A DNA stretch of 63,991 nt, counting the filler, from Circinaria calcarea (taxonomy: Eukaryota), in NCBI GenBank assembly GCA_051942165.1. It is 7 parts of 7 records of this genome, joined end to end, with 100 filler letters (N's around TTAATTAATTAA, not from the genome) between each part and the next. Parts side by side here need not be neighbours in the genome. Positions count along the whole stretch, not along the records: positions 18,569 to 27,751 come from JAVECS010000972.1; positions 27,852 to 37,021 come from JAVECS010000973.1; 5 more parts are not named here. One strand, 5' to 3'. Positions 22,901 to 34,504 of the stretch are shown one piece after another (position 1 is the first letter of the stretch; every line of letters starts with the position of its first letter). The position numbers were made by a program, and so were the translations under genes. The notes under the pieces were generated by a model. It searched no databases. It saw only the letters and a list, made by a program, of their open reading frames with translations, and was not told where the DNA came from.

Positions 22901-25573
22901 AAACGACCCCCGGTCGCTTTTGCTTTTGCTGGCCAAGGCACTTTCTATGTGGGAATTGGAGCGCAGCTTTACCGCGACTCTCCCTTCTTCCACGCGCAGC
23001 TCGATCAGTTTGACAGTCTTGCACGTCGCCAGAACTTCCCGTCCTTCCTACCTGCCATCGATAGAACGAGTGCTCGCGAAAACCTGCCAGCCTCCTCCAT
23101 GCATCTCGCCATCGTATGTGTTGAAATTGCTCTCGCTCGACTATGCATGACGTTTGGAATCAAGCCATGCGCGGTCATTGGACACAGCCTGGGTGAATAT
23201 GCCGCACTGGCCGTGGCTGGTGTGCTGTCCGACAGTGACACAGTCTTCCTCGTCGGGACACGAGCAACCATTCTAGAGTCGAACTGCTCATCTTACACCC
23301 ATGGCATGGTCTCCGTTCGCGCCTCGGTGGCTGATATTACGCGTGAAGCAGATGGCTCGCCATTTGAAGTAGCTTGTATCAACAGCCCGAAGGAGACTGT
23401 TATTGGCGGTACTGTCGAGCATCTGGAAGCTCTTTCGGCTCGTCTGTCCAAGGAAGGGTACAGGACAACGCGTCTGGATATGCCATATGCGTATCATACT
23501 GCTCAGATGGACAACGTCGTCAATGATCTCATTCGCCAAACCCAAGGGATCGTTTACAACACGCCCAGCATTCCCATTATATCTCCTCGAGACTCGACAG
23601 TCATCGAGACAGGCGCTAACTTTGACTCATCGTATTTGCACACCTCCCTACGAAAGACGGTCGACTTCGCTGGAGCTCTCAATGCGGCGTTGGAAGCTGG
23701 CGCGGTGTCGAAATCCACCGTCTGGCTTGAGTTGGCCCATCATCCCGTATGCAGCGGTTTCATCAGCCGTACGCTCGCCGACACTCGTCTAGCGTGCTCA
23801 AGCCTACAGCGAGACAGCGACAATTGGACATCTTTAGCGCAGATGCTGAGCAGCCTATACGAGGTTGGACTCAACATCGACTGGAATGAATACCATCGCC
23901 CATTTGAGCAAGCACTTCGACTTGTCCACCTGCCGACCTACGCTTGGAACAACAAGAACTATTGGATCCAATACCGAGGAGATTGGAATTTGACCAAGGG
24001 CCAGATTTTGCCAGAGCCAGCACTTCCCGTTGTTAGCAGGTTTCGAACATCAAGCATCCATCGACTCTACTCTGAAAATTACGACTCATTAACAGCACAA
24101 GTCTTGGGCGAATCCGATATGACCGACCCATCCCTCAAGGATGTGATAGAAGGGCATGCCATGAACGGTTATGGTGTTGCTTCGTCGGTAAGTTGATAAT
24201 AAACTCCTCCTTTGCTCAAACCTTCTGACCTGTGATAGTTTCTTCATGCCGACATGGCATTTACGCTGGCCCAAAGGATCCAAGAAAAGGCATTCTCGTC
24301 GACATTCAGTGGAATGGGCATCAACGTGGCCAACTTCGAGTATCACGATCCGGTAGTGAAAGATGCAAACCCTCTTGATCCACATCCCATTCTTGTCAAT
24401 GCTGAAGCCAACCTCGAGAAGGGCGAAGTCCACATTAAGTGGTTCAACCCAGCCAATGACAAATGGTACTGCCATGCTACAGCTTACTACGAAGACGCTT
24501 CGACCTGGCTGTCCGATTGGGCTCGAACGACCAGGCTTGTTACCAGTCGCATTGACGCTCTCAATGCTATGTCAATCAAGGGTACGGCAAGCAAACTCAC
24601 CACCGAACTTGCATACACCCTCTTTGGTAAGCTGGTGGATTACTCTAGCATGTATCGCACCATGCAATCGGTCATACTCAACGAAGACGAAGCCATGGCC
24701 GAAGTCTTTTTCCCTGCAGACACCCAAGGAGACTGGGCTGTGCCACCACATTTCATCGATGGTGTTGTATCTCTGTCTGGCTTCATTCTGAATGGCGGCA
24801 CATACTTTGACAACACCAACAACTTCTTCATCACGCCGTCATGGAAGTCCATGCGGTTTGCCAAGCCGTTGGCCCCTGGCGGTCGATATCTTGCATACGT
24901 GAGGATGGTGCCAGAGGCTGCTGACGACAACAGCAATCTTGGCTCTTACGTCGGTGACGTCTATATTTTACAGGACGGCGAGATTGTGGGTGTGGTCGAA
25001 GCCATCTTGTTCCGGCAGTGGCCGAGATTGATGCTGAATCGGTTCTTTCGCCCGGCAGGCTCGGCTCCTCCTGCTCCTACCAAAAAGAAGAGAGCTGCGG
25101 CTCCAAGCCCACTACCATCTGCAAGCTCTCTACAGGAAAAAGCCATGGCGACGGCGGTGGCGGCGAAGACGACTGCGAGACGTCCCGCATCTGCTATTAC
25201 TCCTCCACGTTCTGGACCGACCAGTAAGTCTGGTGGTAGTCCAAATATGACGCTTCAGCTTGATTACAATCTTCCAACGCCAGGAAGCTCGTCACCTCTG
25301 AATGAACGAACAGAAAAGACCGACAGCGATAGCGGCGACGAAGAAGCTGATGGCGATGATATTGCATCACGCGCTATAGTCCTATTGGCCGAACAGCTCG
25401 CCGTTGATATAGGCTTACTGACCGACGAGTGTAACATTACGGATATTGGGCTTGACTCGCTCATGTCGCTCGTTATTTCACAGAATTTGCGAGAGAATCT
25501 TGGCATCGAGATTCGTGATGCGTTCTTCCTCGAAGTGGCAACGATTGGGGACTTGAAAAGGATGATTTCCTAA
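19905..25573 (+). CDS. Non-reducing PKS, SAT-KS-AT-PT-ACP, no TE; GsfA/norlichexanthone synthase-like
   Basis: Introns 20225-20280, 20585-20638, 21776-21844, 21966-22037 and 24188-24238 join into one frame. KS DTACSSS/HGTGT/GHGE, AT GHSLG, PT GHAMNG, ACP IGLDSL, then stop. N-terminus ([21 protein letters not shown]) matches my recollection of GsfA; not database-verified. Confidence 0.92.
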
Positions 25574-25637
25574 ACAGATTGTTTGCTTGTTTTCCTGCCG
25601 TGCGCAACGCTCCCAGTAGTGCACCACACTACCAACA

Positions 25638-25930
25638 CTTGGGGGGTTCAGTTTTCCTTTGTTATGCTCGGAGGATGTTAGGTAGGCCCGGAATAACAAT
25701 GCTCCCAGCCAATCAATACTCGTCTGCCAGGCCACCCCCGCCTGGCTTTACATAGCTCCATTGTACATCCACAACGGAGCTATGTTATGCTAGTGGACCT
25801 AGTGTGGCCAATACGAATGCACAGTTTCTGCCAGCTTGGCACCCGTGCTTTACAGCATCGGGCTTAGCCCATCGGTGCCGTGCTCCCGAGCATAACAAAT
25901 TTCTAGCAAAGAAAAACTGAACCCCCCAAG
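25638..25930. mobile_element. MITE-like inverted-repeat element just 3' of the PKS
   Basis: CTTGGGGGGTTCAGTTTTCCTTTGTTATGCTCGG ... CCGAGCATAACAAA(insert)GAAAAACTGAACCCCCCAAG. Flanked by CA/TA; internal hairpin 25750-25785. Confidence 0.7.
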
Positions 25931-27751
25931 TATTTTCATGAACAGAGTTAATTTAATGAACTTTAGAACCACGAATTCCTCTATGATAATACCGCAGCAT
26001 CCATTCGCAGTATGGGGCTCGGGGCTAATAGAAAGGGCAGTAGAATGCGGAGAAGGTACATTTTCACATCAGACATAAGTTTTTACAAAGAAAACTTGGG
26101 AAAGGCGCGACCAACGGATAGATGGGAGCTCATTACATGCTTGACTTTTGCTATGGCGTCAGCACTATACTACAGGAGGTGAGCTCCGGAACGGGGTAAC
26201 CTCGGACCAGTTGCTCAGGATGTTTATGGAGGTATGGAGGTGAGTAAGGTAGTATATAGGCAGGCTATTCCTGCTCTTTAGAATAGCATGCTTATAGCCA
26301 TACATGGAACAACAACAGATCAATATTACGTTCCTAGTAATCGTGCACACCGGAGTGGCTCTATCCCTTATACAAGTCTAGCCCTATCCTAGCACCCTTA
26401 CAATTTTCCTAGATCTTATATGGGAAGTCACCTACCCACGCCAGCCAACCTCCGAGAAATCCTCACCACCTATTCTGGACCCTGCACATCCATCCTATAA
26501 AGAGCTTCGGCATCAGCAGGTGTTGTTCAGGATTAAATGTAGGTGATACAGCAGTGCGGGCATAAAATCACTTCTTTCTCACAAGCCCCGCTTTCACCAC
26601 TCTCTCAAGGTCTAATGCATGTCCGAATATCCAAGAGTGACATGCTGCATAGCTCAAAGGTCTGTAAAGTATCCTAAACCTAATGGCAGTATGACGCTTC
26701 CATTTGTTCTGCGACTTGCATATTGCGTAGTATGCTGTGTAACTTTACTTTGTGTTTTAAACCCCGTGCTCTGCATTACCTTTCTAGATAACGGGCCATT
26801 CGATTCGATACGACCAATGATTGCTTCGAGAGCTCAATAAATAGGAAGACGATCTTGCTGCTTCAAGTCGGTGAGGTTGATTCTTTAATGCACTCTCCAA
26901 ATCAGCGTCTAGTTTAACGTGGCTCCATTGCCTTTGATATCTGCAAGAAGAGGAGGACGTACTCGGAGATCGTCCACCGGTCCCCTCTATGTTCTGCTTG
27001 GTGTAACCTATGAAAGCGGAACAGATCTGAAGATAGTGTATGCAGACCCTCGCCTATCTATCTACCTACCTTACATGCTGCTTCGGGCACGGGCACGAAC
27101 CTCCTTTGTTGCTGCTCTCCGCATCCTAATAGCATTCAACATCCAAAAGTCTATCTCACAAACTGACATGATGAATTCTTAGTGCTCATGGAAGCGGCCC
27201 TCGAAGCCTTCGATGCTCTCCAAGGCAAGAACCTTGCCTGTTACCCTAAAGACGGGGGTTAGTACCACTTCTTGCTCAGCCACACACGCTCATATGGCCT
27301 CTTTTTCTAACTGGCCCTTTACGTTCAGTCTCGGGGTCATGCCGACGGGACTCAGACTGTTGTTCCGGGTGTTGCTATGTTCGCGTGACGCGAAGCATTA
27401 CCGTCAAGCCTGGTATTGCAGAAGCGGTATTCCAGATGCGATACATGAAGAAAGAGTCCTGTCATTCTGGCGTGAATGACATTTAAGAGTGGACATGGGC
27501 AGGAACCCCAAGGATGATAGAACACAATTCACTCGCCGAGTATACACTTTTGGCCATTTCCGCATCCAAGACTGTTCAGCAGACCTAGTGCTTATTAATT
27601 TCATCTCGAGATCGACTTCCGCTCCTCCCCTTCCCCGCCTTCCCTTATCCCAAAAAAAGGAAAAGTGACACAATGACCTCAAAGTACCCGTCCCTCTCCG
27701 CAAAGTTCCCTCCCAAGCAAGAATCCTTCCCCTTACCCTCCCCTCCGCCCC

Positions 27752-27851
27752 NNNNNNNNNNNNNNNNNNNNNNNNNNNNNNNNNNNNNNNNNNNNTTAAT
27801 TAATTAANNNNNNNNNNNNNNNNNNNNNNNNNNNNNNNNNNNNNNNNNNNN
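27752..27851. other. Artificial contig linker
   Basis: N44-TTAATTAATTAA-N44. Confidence 0.98.
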
Positions 27852-27889
27852 GAACAAGTGATACGTCAACAATTGGATATAAAATAATA

Positions 27890-28181
27890 ATGACATTTAT
27901 CGTGTAGACATCATGTGTGCGAGTACATCAAGATATTATGTGTGTGAATATATTAAGTGTACAACGACACGTGTGCGAGTACATTAAGTGTATATTGATA
28001 TGTGTGCGAGTACATTAAGTGTACAATGATATTTGTCCACAGACATTATATATACAAGTACATTAAGTGTATAATGATATTTGTCCACAGACATTATATG
28101 TACAAGTACATTAAGTGTATAATAATATTTGTCCACAGACATTATTTGTGTAAATACACTAGGTGTATAATAACATTTGTC
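27890..28181. repeat. AT-rich minisatellite, 48-bp unit (GTACATTAAGTGTATAATGATATTTGTCCACAGACATTAT..) with shorter degenerate units 5'
   Basis: About 4 units at 48-bp spacing from ~28010; truncated units upstream. Confidence 0.85.
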
Positions 28182-28269
28182 GGTAACTCCTATCTACGAT
28201 GCTCTTCTATCGAGACTGCGGTACGTCCAAACACGCCATATATCTCTTCCTTACACTGACGCTTCGACG

Positions 28270-28768
28270 GTGTAGATATATGACACCGCCGCTGGACGAG
28301 GAGGAGGAGAACGAGGAGTCTCGCTTGCTCGAGGCCCAGGGGCGTAAGGAATTAGAAAACGATGGCTGTCCTCCCTGCTACCCGCCCGACCTCGAGATTC
28401 CCCTGCAAAATCCGCCCGAGAAATACCAGCCAATTATAGGGTACTGGCAGTCGTTCCCAGGGACAGGCGATGTGGTGCTTCGCGCCGAATTATCGGAATG
28501 GCGGAAGAGGCGACCAGAGGCTTCTATGGTTCTCGGTAAGGTCAGGATCTCGAAAGTTAAGCTAAAGAAGCGGAACGGGCAGACACGTAGCAAGGAAGAG
28601 ACGCCACTCCGCCAATTTTGTCCGCAAAGGTGTCCAAGGTAAAACAATTCGCTAATGCCAGCGCGAAATCAATGTCAGGGACACAAACCCGTGGCGCCGT
28701 AGGTTAAAAGTGTCATGACAAAAAGTGCACGGATATCAAAGCGGCCAGTAAGATGGGCTCTAGAATGA
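28270..28768 (+). pseudogene. Internally deleted relic of an accessory fungal protein family (DGCPPCYP ... TRSGRISxxPxRW type)
   Basis: LENDGCPPCYPPDLE..IIGYWQS..DVVLRAELSEWRK lies only ~250 bp from the family's typical C-terminus, seen here as TKSARISKRPVRWALE*. Confidence 0.5.
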
Positions 28769-29667
28769 AAAAGCCAGGCGTTCTGAGCGGGGAGGGCTGT
28801 TGAATGTACCCTTCGACCACTGGTGCCAGGGAAGACAATCCAGCAGAGGAAGGCTTGAACATCTTGCAGCGACAGGAAATCCCCTATGCCCGCTCCTCCT
28901 CCTCATAGTCACAGCAGGCCCGAGCTAGTTATAATCGCCTTTGTATTCTGCAATGGGTGGGAATGAGACTTGAAGCCGCCAGCCGGTTGGCGTACATCCA
29001 GCACCGTGAGGATAGGGACGGGAGCAGAGATAGAATTCTACGGCTCCCACCATCGAGGCTGACAAGCTCATTTTGGCATGGGATGATGCTGTGTCTGTTT
29101 GAATGCGGAGAACTTGGAGTTATGTTTTAGAATATCTAGTTGCTCCAGGCGGAAGGGCCCTTATGTGCTCTCTCCTTAACTACTAGATAATATGTCTAAT
29201 TCGCAGCTAGCCTAAGTACCTTACATCGTCCTATTACGCGATGAACTCATGACCATTCATCTCTTGATCGTAGCATTACATACCAGCGTGAACGGACTGA
29301 TGCCGGGGTCCGTCAAGGAAATCGCTCAAAGATCCATCTCCATTTTTTTTCGTCCTTTTTCCATCGGATCAAGCGCTCATCGTCTGCTAGTGACCAGCGA
29401 CCGCGTTTACTATAGCTGTGATTCTTTTCGTCGTCGCTCAAGCTCTTGCGGGTAGTGGAATTAATCATTCAAATAGGTCTGTTTTTGGTGCCCCGGGTAA
29501 AAGTGCCCGGAGACTTCGTTGTATAGGGTTAATCAGCTGGCATGTTCTCGCCAAGACTTTAGCGCCGCTATCGTGCGTTTTTCCGTTAGCGTCCCCCCAC
29601 ACCTCTGATCATTTCAAAGCCGGCGGCAAGATAAAAACCATCTCCTACCCTCTCTGTTCCAATCGAC

Positions 29668-31701
29668 ATGGCCCGCAGTCAACAAAAATTTGACACCAGG
29701 GAAAATGGGCGGCAATCTTTAAACCGTGGTGGGAAATTCCATACACTCATCCATCCTGTTTCCGACTGACCATTAACAGGAAAGCGCCCTCAGGGTATCA
29801 CGAAGCATCAACCACAAACAGCTAATCGCAAGAGCGCACGTCTGGAAGCGATACAGCATCTCGAGGGGCGAACGGACTCCAAAGGCCAAAACACTAAACG
29901 GCATCCATTTTCCTCTCCGTTAACAAGTAATACTCGCAGTTCGGTATGTCCTCTACTCGCTTTGATATTATCTGTTGAAACCTAATCCTAAGGAAAGTGC
30001 TCACAGAACTTACCGGCTTATAAGAAACCTACATGCCCAGATCAAAGAATCATTTCAAAGCGAAAGCGATCACAAGGGACTGAAGATCCAATCCCTCAAA
30101 TTGAGGACCAGCCCATTAATCCAGAGAGAAAGACTTTCACAAGGGAGAACGAAGAACATCATCAGCTACCATCACCATCAACAAGCAACTCACACGAGCA
30201 ACCAACTAGGAAGAAAAGGAGGAGGGCTGTTTCCATAATACCGCGCTCGGAGGAAATTAATAACTGCTATCCGAAAAGGCGCGACAGTCCCATTTTTGAG
30301 ACGCCTGAACAAGAGCCTGAAGCCCAAGAAAGCGAAGAGAAAAAGAAAGATAACCCTATCGGCTACTGGGCCGCGAACCATACCTGGCCCGACAACTTTG
30401 CAGAGTCCTGTGCAATGTCTTCGGACAACATCAATAAACGACCGCGAACGTCGGATCATTCTCAAAGCAGCAAAGACGAGAAATCACGGAGCTATTCTCA
30501 AAGTCGTAAGGATGGAGATGTTCCGGAGCAATATACCAAGACATACGAAAAGTGGATTTTCACACAAGGTCTGGACATGAGTTATATCAAAGGCAGGGAA
30601 TATATTTCTCCAGACAGCAAGCTGGCTTGCCAAGAACTTCGAAAAATAGAATACTCGGTCATCTCTCCTACTATTTATCCTGAGGATAAAATAATCCATG
30701 TGGTCGACCTTTGCCAGAATACAAATGAAGCAACGGTAAACCGGGACATTACGACGCTGATTTTGCCGCCAATCAAAGCACTTCACTTAACGGACGAAGC
30801 AAACCGTTTCAAACATTTTACGGACCAAGTCAAGTCGCAGTGGCATGAGAGTTGGGTTCTAGCAGGGCCCCGGCCTGAACCTGACCTGGCCGTTGGTTTC
30901 CTCCATTCCGCTTTCACAGTATCGGAAAATGAAAAACTAACCAACTACACATCCTTTGAAAACTTGACGCGATCAACCAACGAAATGTGTTTCCCGTTCC
31001 TGATGTGCGAGGTCAAGTGTGGCGACAAAGGACTTGACTACGCTGACCGGCAGAACATGCACAGCTGCAGTGTGGCAGTCAAAGCACTTCTTAAGCTCGA
31101 GCAAAAGGCGGATCAGTACCGAGAGGATAAATTATTTGAAAGCTTGCTTGGCAAGATCCTAGTGTATTCCATCTCACACGATCAAAATGATGCCCGCGTC
31201 TGGGGGCACTTTGCCTTGGTTGAAGGAGGAAAATGGACGTATTATCGATACCATATTGGGAAGTTCGACATTGCACATGACGAGAGGGCCTTGCTAGCCC
31301 TTCATAACTTTGCTCGCAAAGTTCTAACCGTATACGCTCCGAAACTATTGGAACGTCTTCAGAAAGCAGTTGCAGCTCTCCCGGTCTCATCTACGCTATC
31401 ATTCTCTGCAGGTACGATGAACTTAGAGGACGACTCGCAGCAAAGCTCCCAACAACCCTCGCAGGGTCGAGATGCCGACTTGTTTGCGGCTCCCGTTCTC
31501 CCTGCCAGTGCCCAGAAACTGTTCGACGAGCAAAAGGAGCAGATGGAACGGCAAAAGGAGCAGATTGAACGGCAAAGGGAGGAAATGGACAAGCTCCTTC
31601 AGCAGATGGAGCAGCAGAGAAAGGAGAACAAGGAGAAGGAAGAAAAGCAAAGGGAGCAGATGGAACAACTCATGAAAATGCTGGAACAAAGATTAGCTTA
31701 A
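29668..31701 (+). CDS. PD-(D/E)xK-like domain protein (DUF7924-type by recall) with disordered N-terminus and coiled-coil C-terminus
   Basis: ATG 29668 and two small introns give an open frame through PIGYWAANHTWP, PRPEPDLAVG, FPFLMCEVKCG, ADRQNMHS, SISHD..ARVWGH and an EQMERQKEQIERQ tail. Confidence 0.8.
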
Positions 31702-31984
31702 TATTCATTGATTATTCTCCTATATCGACGCTTGTATGATTAGTATCCTGGCCTCACAAAAGTGTCATGTTCTGCGATAAGGGGGTGGTGATACCCCGCT
31801 CACCTAGTGCCTTGGCATATATTGAAAACCCCTCCTTTCTTCTGTAACGATTAGTTTTTGAATATACTACGTATAATCATCGTACTGCTCGTGCCTCACA
31901 TTACCATATATTTTAATCTTAGATACTTTTCAATTACTCTACGACCTAATAAAAAGTACCCTAATCTAATTATTGTTCTAAAAC

Positions 31985-32942
31985 ATGTTTACGAGCGCTT
32001 TTACCAATGACACTCGTGTTGTTACAACAGTCAGAGTTGTTGTACATACAACGGGACCATGGCCAAACGGCATGAGCGATAATCATTGGTCTATATATCT
32101 TCTGCTCGCCGAGAATGTGTCAGTGCGTATGAATATAACAGCCGAGCTTAACAATCCCACAGGGTTTTTAAAATGGGCTACCCTAAATTATGTCCTTACC
32201 CAGTCGGCTATAGAACATTGGGACTTTGAAACAGCCTCCAATGTCACAGTATCGGACATTTATCGGCTTGTAACCAGTAATTATCGTGATGAATACAAAA
32301 TGTCTGGAGGGGGTTCCGGCTGTCGCTGGTGGATGATATATTGTGCTTCACTTGCAATTACTAACTTTCAAGTTAAATATGTTATTATTTGTCAAGAATA
32401 GGGGTTTACACTATGTGGAAACCAATGGGCGGAGCGGGTGAACTAATCCCCGCAGCACACATACATAGCAGAGTTTTCTGCTATGCTATTCTATAGTGAA
32501 GTCCATACACATAGACTGGTAATTACCATAGCCAATACAGCCTATTCCACCCTGTATTACCCTCCATTATTTCCACATTATTACAGACCTACAAAAGAGC
32601 CTTTTGGCCTCAAAGACTGCTGGAGCTATAGTTTATACGGAGTTGCTCTTCCGGTACTCTAAAACTGCTCCAAAGAAACCCTTGCCAATGGTCCAGGGTA
32701 CATTTACCTATTCAGCTCCGACGGCTGTTGCGTCATTATCATCTAACCCCATATCTGCCTTAGTGCCTTCTCTAGTCAGCATCAACTCTTACACCAGTGG
32801 TGGGCAGCTTTGTTATTCTTGGAAGGGTAATGGTAAGGACGGGTATGGCTTTGCGAAGGAATGGGTTAGCACCAAAGATAGTGAAGGAAATCCACACCTT
32901 TTTCATCAGGCAAAGAACCTCTATGCTACACCTCCGCAGTGA
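31985..32942 (+). pseudogene. Small His/Cys protein (DUF7770-type by recall) interrupted by an insertion
   Basis: NHWSIYLLL..SVRMN..GSGCRWW, then VYT[insert]IITDLQK..VYTELLFRYS..PMVQGTF. Splice signals around 32330-32400 look degenerate. Confidence 0.6.
32414..32577. mobile_element. 164-bp TIR mini-element inserted in coding sequence
   Basis: TGTGGAAACCAATGG ... CCATTATTTCCACA termini. Excision restores GTT TAC ACT ATT ATT ACA GAC CTA (VYTIITDL). Internal hairpin 32464-32485. Confidence 0.7.
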
Positions 32943-33242
32943 ATCTTTATGCGGGGCAGGCCTCAAGGGAAAGTGGTATTCGCATATAATGGCTGTTGGA
33001 AGGTCGGAAATTTAGCTGTAGTAATGCAAGTGTCTGAAGTAGCAAAGCTGCAAGAGACACCACAGCTTCCTAAAGAATGCTCGTTTCTTTAATATATCGA
33101 ATTTATTAAAACGCTATATGCATTGCAAAAACACTAGTTATCAAAGGATGTCTTGGTCACCAACCGAAGGTCACGGGACCTTATTTAGCGTAATGCTAAC
33201 TACATAGGCCAGATTCCTCAGCCTTTTAAAAATATACCCACC

Positions 33243-34187
33243 ATGATCTATTATCCTACAATGTCTGCTTGTGAACCTCTTCACAACACTACCTCAAATG
33301 ACGAACTTATAGCTTTATGTTTCAGTCCAACCTGTGAGGTTATTGGTGGATCAGAACACGGCACCAAGGTCGTTAAAATATCGGAGGAGGCAGTTATTAA
33401 GTTTGGCTATCATCTCGAGGAGCAAGAGGTAAAAAATCAACAGATCGCCTACGAGTTGCTAAATCATCATATTGTTCGCGTGCCGCTTATTTACCGATTT
33501 TTCACCAGCGGTGAGAATGGGTTTATTGTTATGGAGTATATTAAGGGCCAAATTATTGAGCCGTTGGAGGATCCTAGTCGTGTCCGCAGAATCGCAAATA
33601 TACTCGCCCATTTCACGAAGATCCGTGGCTCGATACCTGGTCCACTTGGCGGAGGTTCTCCGCGTGGTCTTCTCTGGCCTGAGAGTGAAGACCTTTTCTT
33701 CAAGACTGTTCAGGATGTGGAGAGCTACGTCAACAGCAGGCTACGACATGATGATACGAAATTAGTACTTGGAGAGTCCGAGTTGATCATATGCCATCTC
33801 GATATCGCACCTCGGAAATATTCTCTGGTTAGAAGATGATTCTATTTGCTTTCTCGACTGGCAGTCTGCTGGATTTTATCCAAGGCTTTTCGAGTTCTGT
33901 GGGCAGTATATTGTCTATGGGTTTGAAAACGGGTTTAACCAAAAACTCCTTGAGTATATGGATAATTTAACGGATGAGGAAGAAGCGCAGAAGGAAATTA
34001 TATTACTGGCATGGCACAACCAGCAACGATATCATTTGTGAGTAAAGATCTTGAGCATCAACCGATTAACTAACACTAGAACAGTCAAGCTTCTTCCGTG
34101 GAAAACATGCGCAGTGTTTTCCATAGTCCGGCTGCCCGACCACTGCCACTATCGTCGCCACCATCACCACCGCCACGGTATGTCTAG
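33243..34187 (+). CDS. APH/choline-kinase-like phosphotransferase with a +1 frameshift (error or pseudogene)
   Basis: VIKFG, VRVPLIYRFF, IVMEYIKG, PGPLGGG, HLDIAPR; after removing one A at ~33816 it continues NILWLEDDSICFLDWQSAGFYPRLFE. Intron from 34038; 3' end approximate. Confidence 0.75.
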
Positions 34188-34504
34188 AAACTCGCAGTCA
34201 ATTTATTCCCAGAGACGCGTGTCCTCTCGAAAGCCCAATTATCACCTGCCGGGTTGTGAACGTTCGTGAGCAAGAAAATACTTTGATTCTCGTTCAGAGA
34301 GTCATGTTCACATGAGTATTGTACCATGGTGTAAAAATAAATTTGAGAAGCTTCTAGCAGAGGTTCAGAAGCAGAGGCGCCTAATCCATTATGGTTCCAC
34401 CTCCATACAGTGAAATCATCAACTATTGATATCACAAAATATATTTCAAAGTCGCCTACAGGAGTTTCAGAAGTGGGAAGCGCGTACGAGATAACGACTT
34501 TATA

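Noticed and set aside
11098..25573. P450 + 7TM + FAD oxidase + PKS as one biosynthetic cluster
   Set aside because: Separated by an artificial linker at 18469-18568 between size-sorted contigs.
25950..27751. Possible tailoring or thioesterase gene downstream of the PKS
   Set aside because: No HxHxDH, methyltransferase or halogenase motifs seen; only short unassignable ORFs.
27890..28181. CRISPR-like array or 16-aa repeat peptide
   Set aside because: Head-to-tail units without unique spacers in a eukaryotic context; the open frame is expected from a 48-bp unit.
28727..28745. Exact 19-bp match GCACGGATATCAAAGCGGC with 42217-42235
   Set aside because: Different contigs, no flanking similarity, and one copy lies in a coding relic; most likely chance.
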